In this document: in pieces, positions 62,379 through 64,000 of the stretch
How positions within the stretch are numbered: position 1 is the first letter of the stretch
How the letters are laid out: the number at the start of each line of letters is the position of its first letter
Origin: Chamaesiphon sp.
Lineage (GTDB): Bacteria; Cyanobacteriota; Cyanobacteriia; Cyanobacteriales; Chamaesiphonaceae
Assembly: GCA_965246715.1 (NCBI GenBank)
Contig: CBDFFH010000051.1
Coordinates: 160,001-224,000 of the forward strand
Direction of reading: 5' to 3'
DNA: 64,000 nt
Position numbers and translations under genes: made by a program
Notes under the pieces: model-generated
The model's database searches: none
The model's input: the letters and a program-made list of their open reading frames with translations, nothing else
Told to the model about the DNA's origin: nothing

Positions 62379-62894
62379 ATGTTTAGATCGACCGAACGAT
62401 AAGGGCAATTAACTAAAATCCAAACTTTTGACGCACAAGCGATCGCGTAAATCTTAAATTATGCTGGTGAAAATTATTCAGACATGGTGATGATGACAAT
62501 CTCAACCGAACCCCTGTTCCCGATCTTCTAGTGTCGACTGAAGTTCGCAAGATTTGTCAGGACGATCGCCACCTGTAATCTAGCTATCTCTATAGAGTAC
62601 CCAAGCGCTCACTGATTATTGAAGTTACTCGCTCGGCTCGTTTGTTGTCTGAGATCGCCAGTCGTTCGCAGTATACTTGGATGCCAACCGATCGGCAAGA
62701 ATCGATATTTGAGACAATATCCTGTATTTTCATCAGTGTGATGCAAAAAAAGCATGAAGCGGAGACTATTGCGAAATCTTGTTAACAAACTGTAATCTGG
62801 TATGCAGAATTGAAGCAAAAATATTCAGATTATGTAGCTGAATATACTTGACAGTTCAAAAGTTAAAGTTAACAGTGTGAGGAATAGCCTTAGT

Positions 62895-64000
62895 ATGTCG
62901 AAATTATTATTGACGCACATTTTCTACCCAATTTTGACGGCGATCGCTGTTTGGGTAGCAGGTGTAACTCCAGCGTCAGCAAACCCTAGCAGCATTGACA
63001 CAACAAGCACAACCGCTGGTAATGCTGCAACGAAGCTCGCACCAATTAATTCTCTGGCTAACGCAAGTACAGCAGGGACCACAGATCGAGTCGAACGCGC
63101 CACTGCGGCCTTAGATGTCAAACCTGGAGACTGGGCTTATCAAACGCTCCAAGGGTTACAGACTAAATATCGGTGTAGCAATACGCTTACAGGCGATCGA
63201 GTTGTATCGCGCGAAGAATTTGCAACCAGTATCAACACTTGTGTTCGATCGATGGAAGAACTAGTTGCCAGGAAACGCGGCAAAAGAATGAAAAAACGGC
63301 GGGTAGTACCAGCTCCTGCGGTAATTACACCAGCTCCTGAGATCGCACCGCCAGCGCCAGAGCCAGTTGTACCAGTCGTACCACCAGAGCCAGTAGTACC
63401 AGAGGTTTCTAAGCAGGATCTCGAACAGATTGAGCAATTAGTTCGCTCTTTTAGTGTCGAGCTTCAAGGCTTGAATACTCGTCTTCAAGCACTCGATACC
63501 AAAGTCACTACAATTAGCGACCAAAGATTCTCCACTACTACCAAGCTCACTGGGGAAGCGATTTTCGCAATTACTACTTTGGCGGGTGGCCCAAATAATG
63601 CAACTCGGAATACAATCTTCGCCGATCGCGTCCGCTTAAATTTCAACAGTAGCTTCTTTGGTAAAGACTTGTTGCTAGTCCGGCTCCAGTCTCGAAATGG
63701 CAACTCTTTTGCTGGCGCTGTTGCAACTTCTGCGGCAAGGACTAATGAGGCGAGATTAGGATTTGAAGGCAGTGAAGAAAATACTACCGATCTCCAGCGG
63801 TTGCAATACAAGTTGCCACTATCGTCCCAAACGCAGGTGATTTTTGCAGCAGTGGGTAGTGAGTTAAATGATGACTACTACAACTTCAACCCCGAGCTGG
63901 CTCCAGCCGGACAAGGTTCGTTTACTCGCTTTGGTCGGGTTAGTTCGATCTATAGATTGAACAATGAAGGCGCGAGTATTGGGATCGATCAAAAATTTAG
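62895..64000 (+). CDS. Cyanobacterial outer-membrane porin (SLH-like domain, coiled coil, OprB-type barrel), truncated by the window end
   Basis: DVKPGDWAYQ.L, SREEFA, FSTTTKLTGEAIF, DRVRLNFNSSFFGKDLL. Confidence 0.92.
   Translation, partial: MSKLLLTHIFYPILTAIAVWVAGVTPASANPSSIDTTSTTAGNAATKLAPINSLANASTAGTTDRVERATAALDVKPGDWAYQTLQGLQTKYRCSNTLTGDRVVSREEFATSINTCVRSMEELVARKRGKRMKKRRVVPAPAVITPAPEIAPPAPEPVVPVVPPEPVVPEVSKQDLEQIEQLVRSFSVELQGLNTRLQALDTKVTTISDQRFSTTTKLTGEAIFAITTLAGGPNNATRNTIFADRVRLNFNSSFFGKDLLLVRLQSRNGNSFAGAVATSAARTNEARLGFEGSEENTTDLQRLQYKLPLSSQTQVIFAAVGSELNDDYYNFNPELAPAGQGSFTRFGRVSSIYRLNNEGASIGIDQKF

Noticed and set aside
1..64000. High density of GCGATCGC/CGATCG
   Set aside because: HIP1 is a well-known genome-wide cyanobacterial feature and is not specific to this locus.

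Overview
Cyanobacterial chromosomal window: HIP1 GCGATCGC/CGATCG is very frequent, and psbQ, psbM and cmp genes are present. A Chamaesiphon-like origin is an impression only. Most of the window is housekeeping: cmpR-cmpABCD bicarbonate uptake, Mn-SOD, ureD-ureA, peptide ABC genes, a kdp cluster with split KdpD and a divergent two-component system, rpe, recN, phosphohexomutase, 6S RNA, the str operon (rpsL-rpsG-fusA-tuf-rpsJ), purT and a porin cut by the window end. The stand-out locus is 20.5-25.5 kb. It holds seven tandem, near-identical genes for a 99-aa Sec-exported protein. The mature part is two gapless 37-aa repeats with every-other-residue S/T/Q/N/V/I conservation around a GxxN turn, like a beta-arch or functional amyloid. 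The array forms three transcription units, each preceded by a pair of TNCGGA-N17/18-GTAGT (DIF1-like) promoters. A seventh copy of this motif points at the divergent gene, whose product resembles PatU3. Intergenic regions carry many MITEs and a family of nested very small hairpin elements (GCG...AAGA[C/G]A). There is also a second trio of small secreted paralogues, a pseudokinase and several gene remnants. All family assignments come from recognising motifs; no database searches were run.
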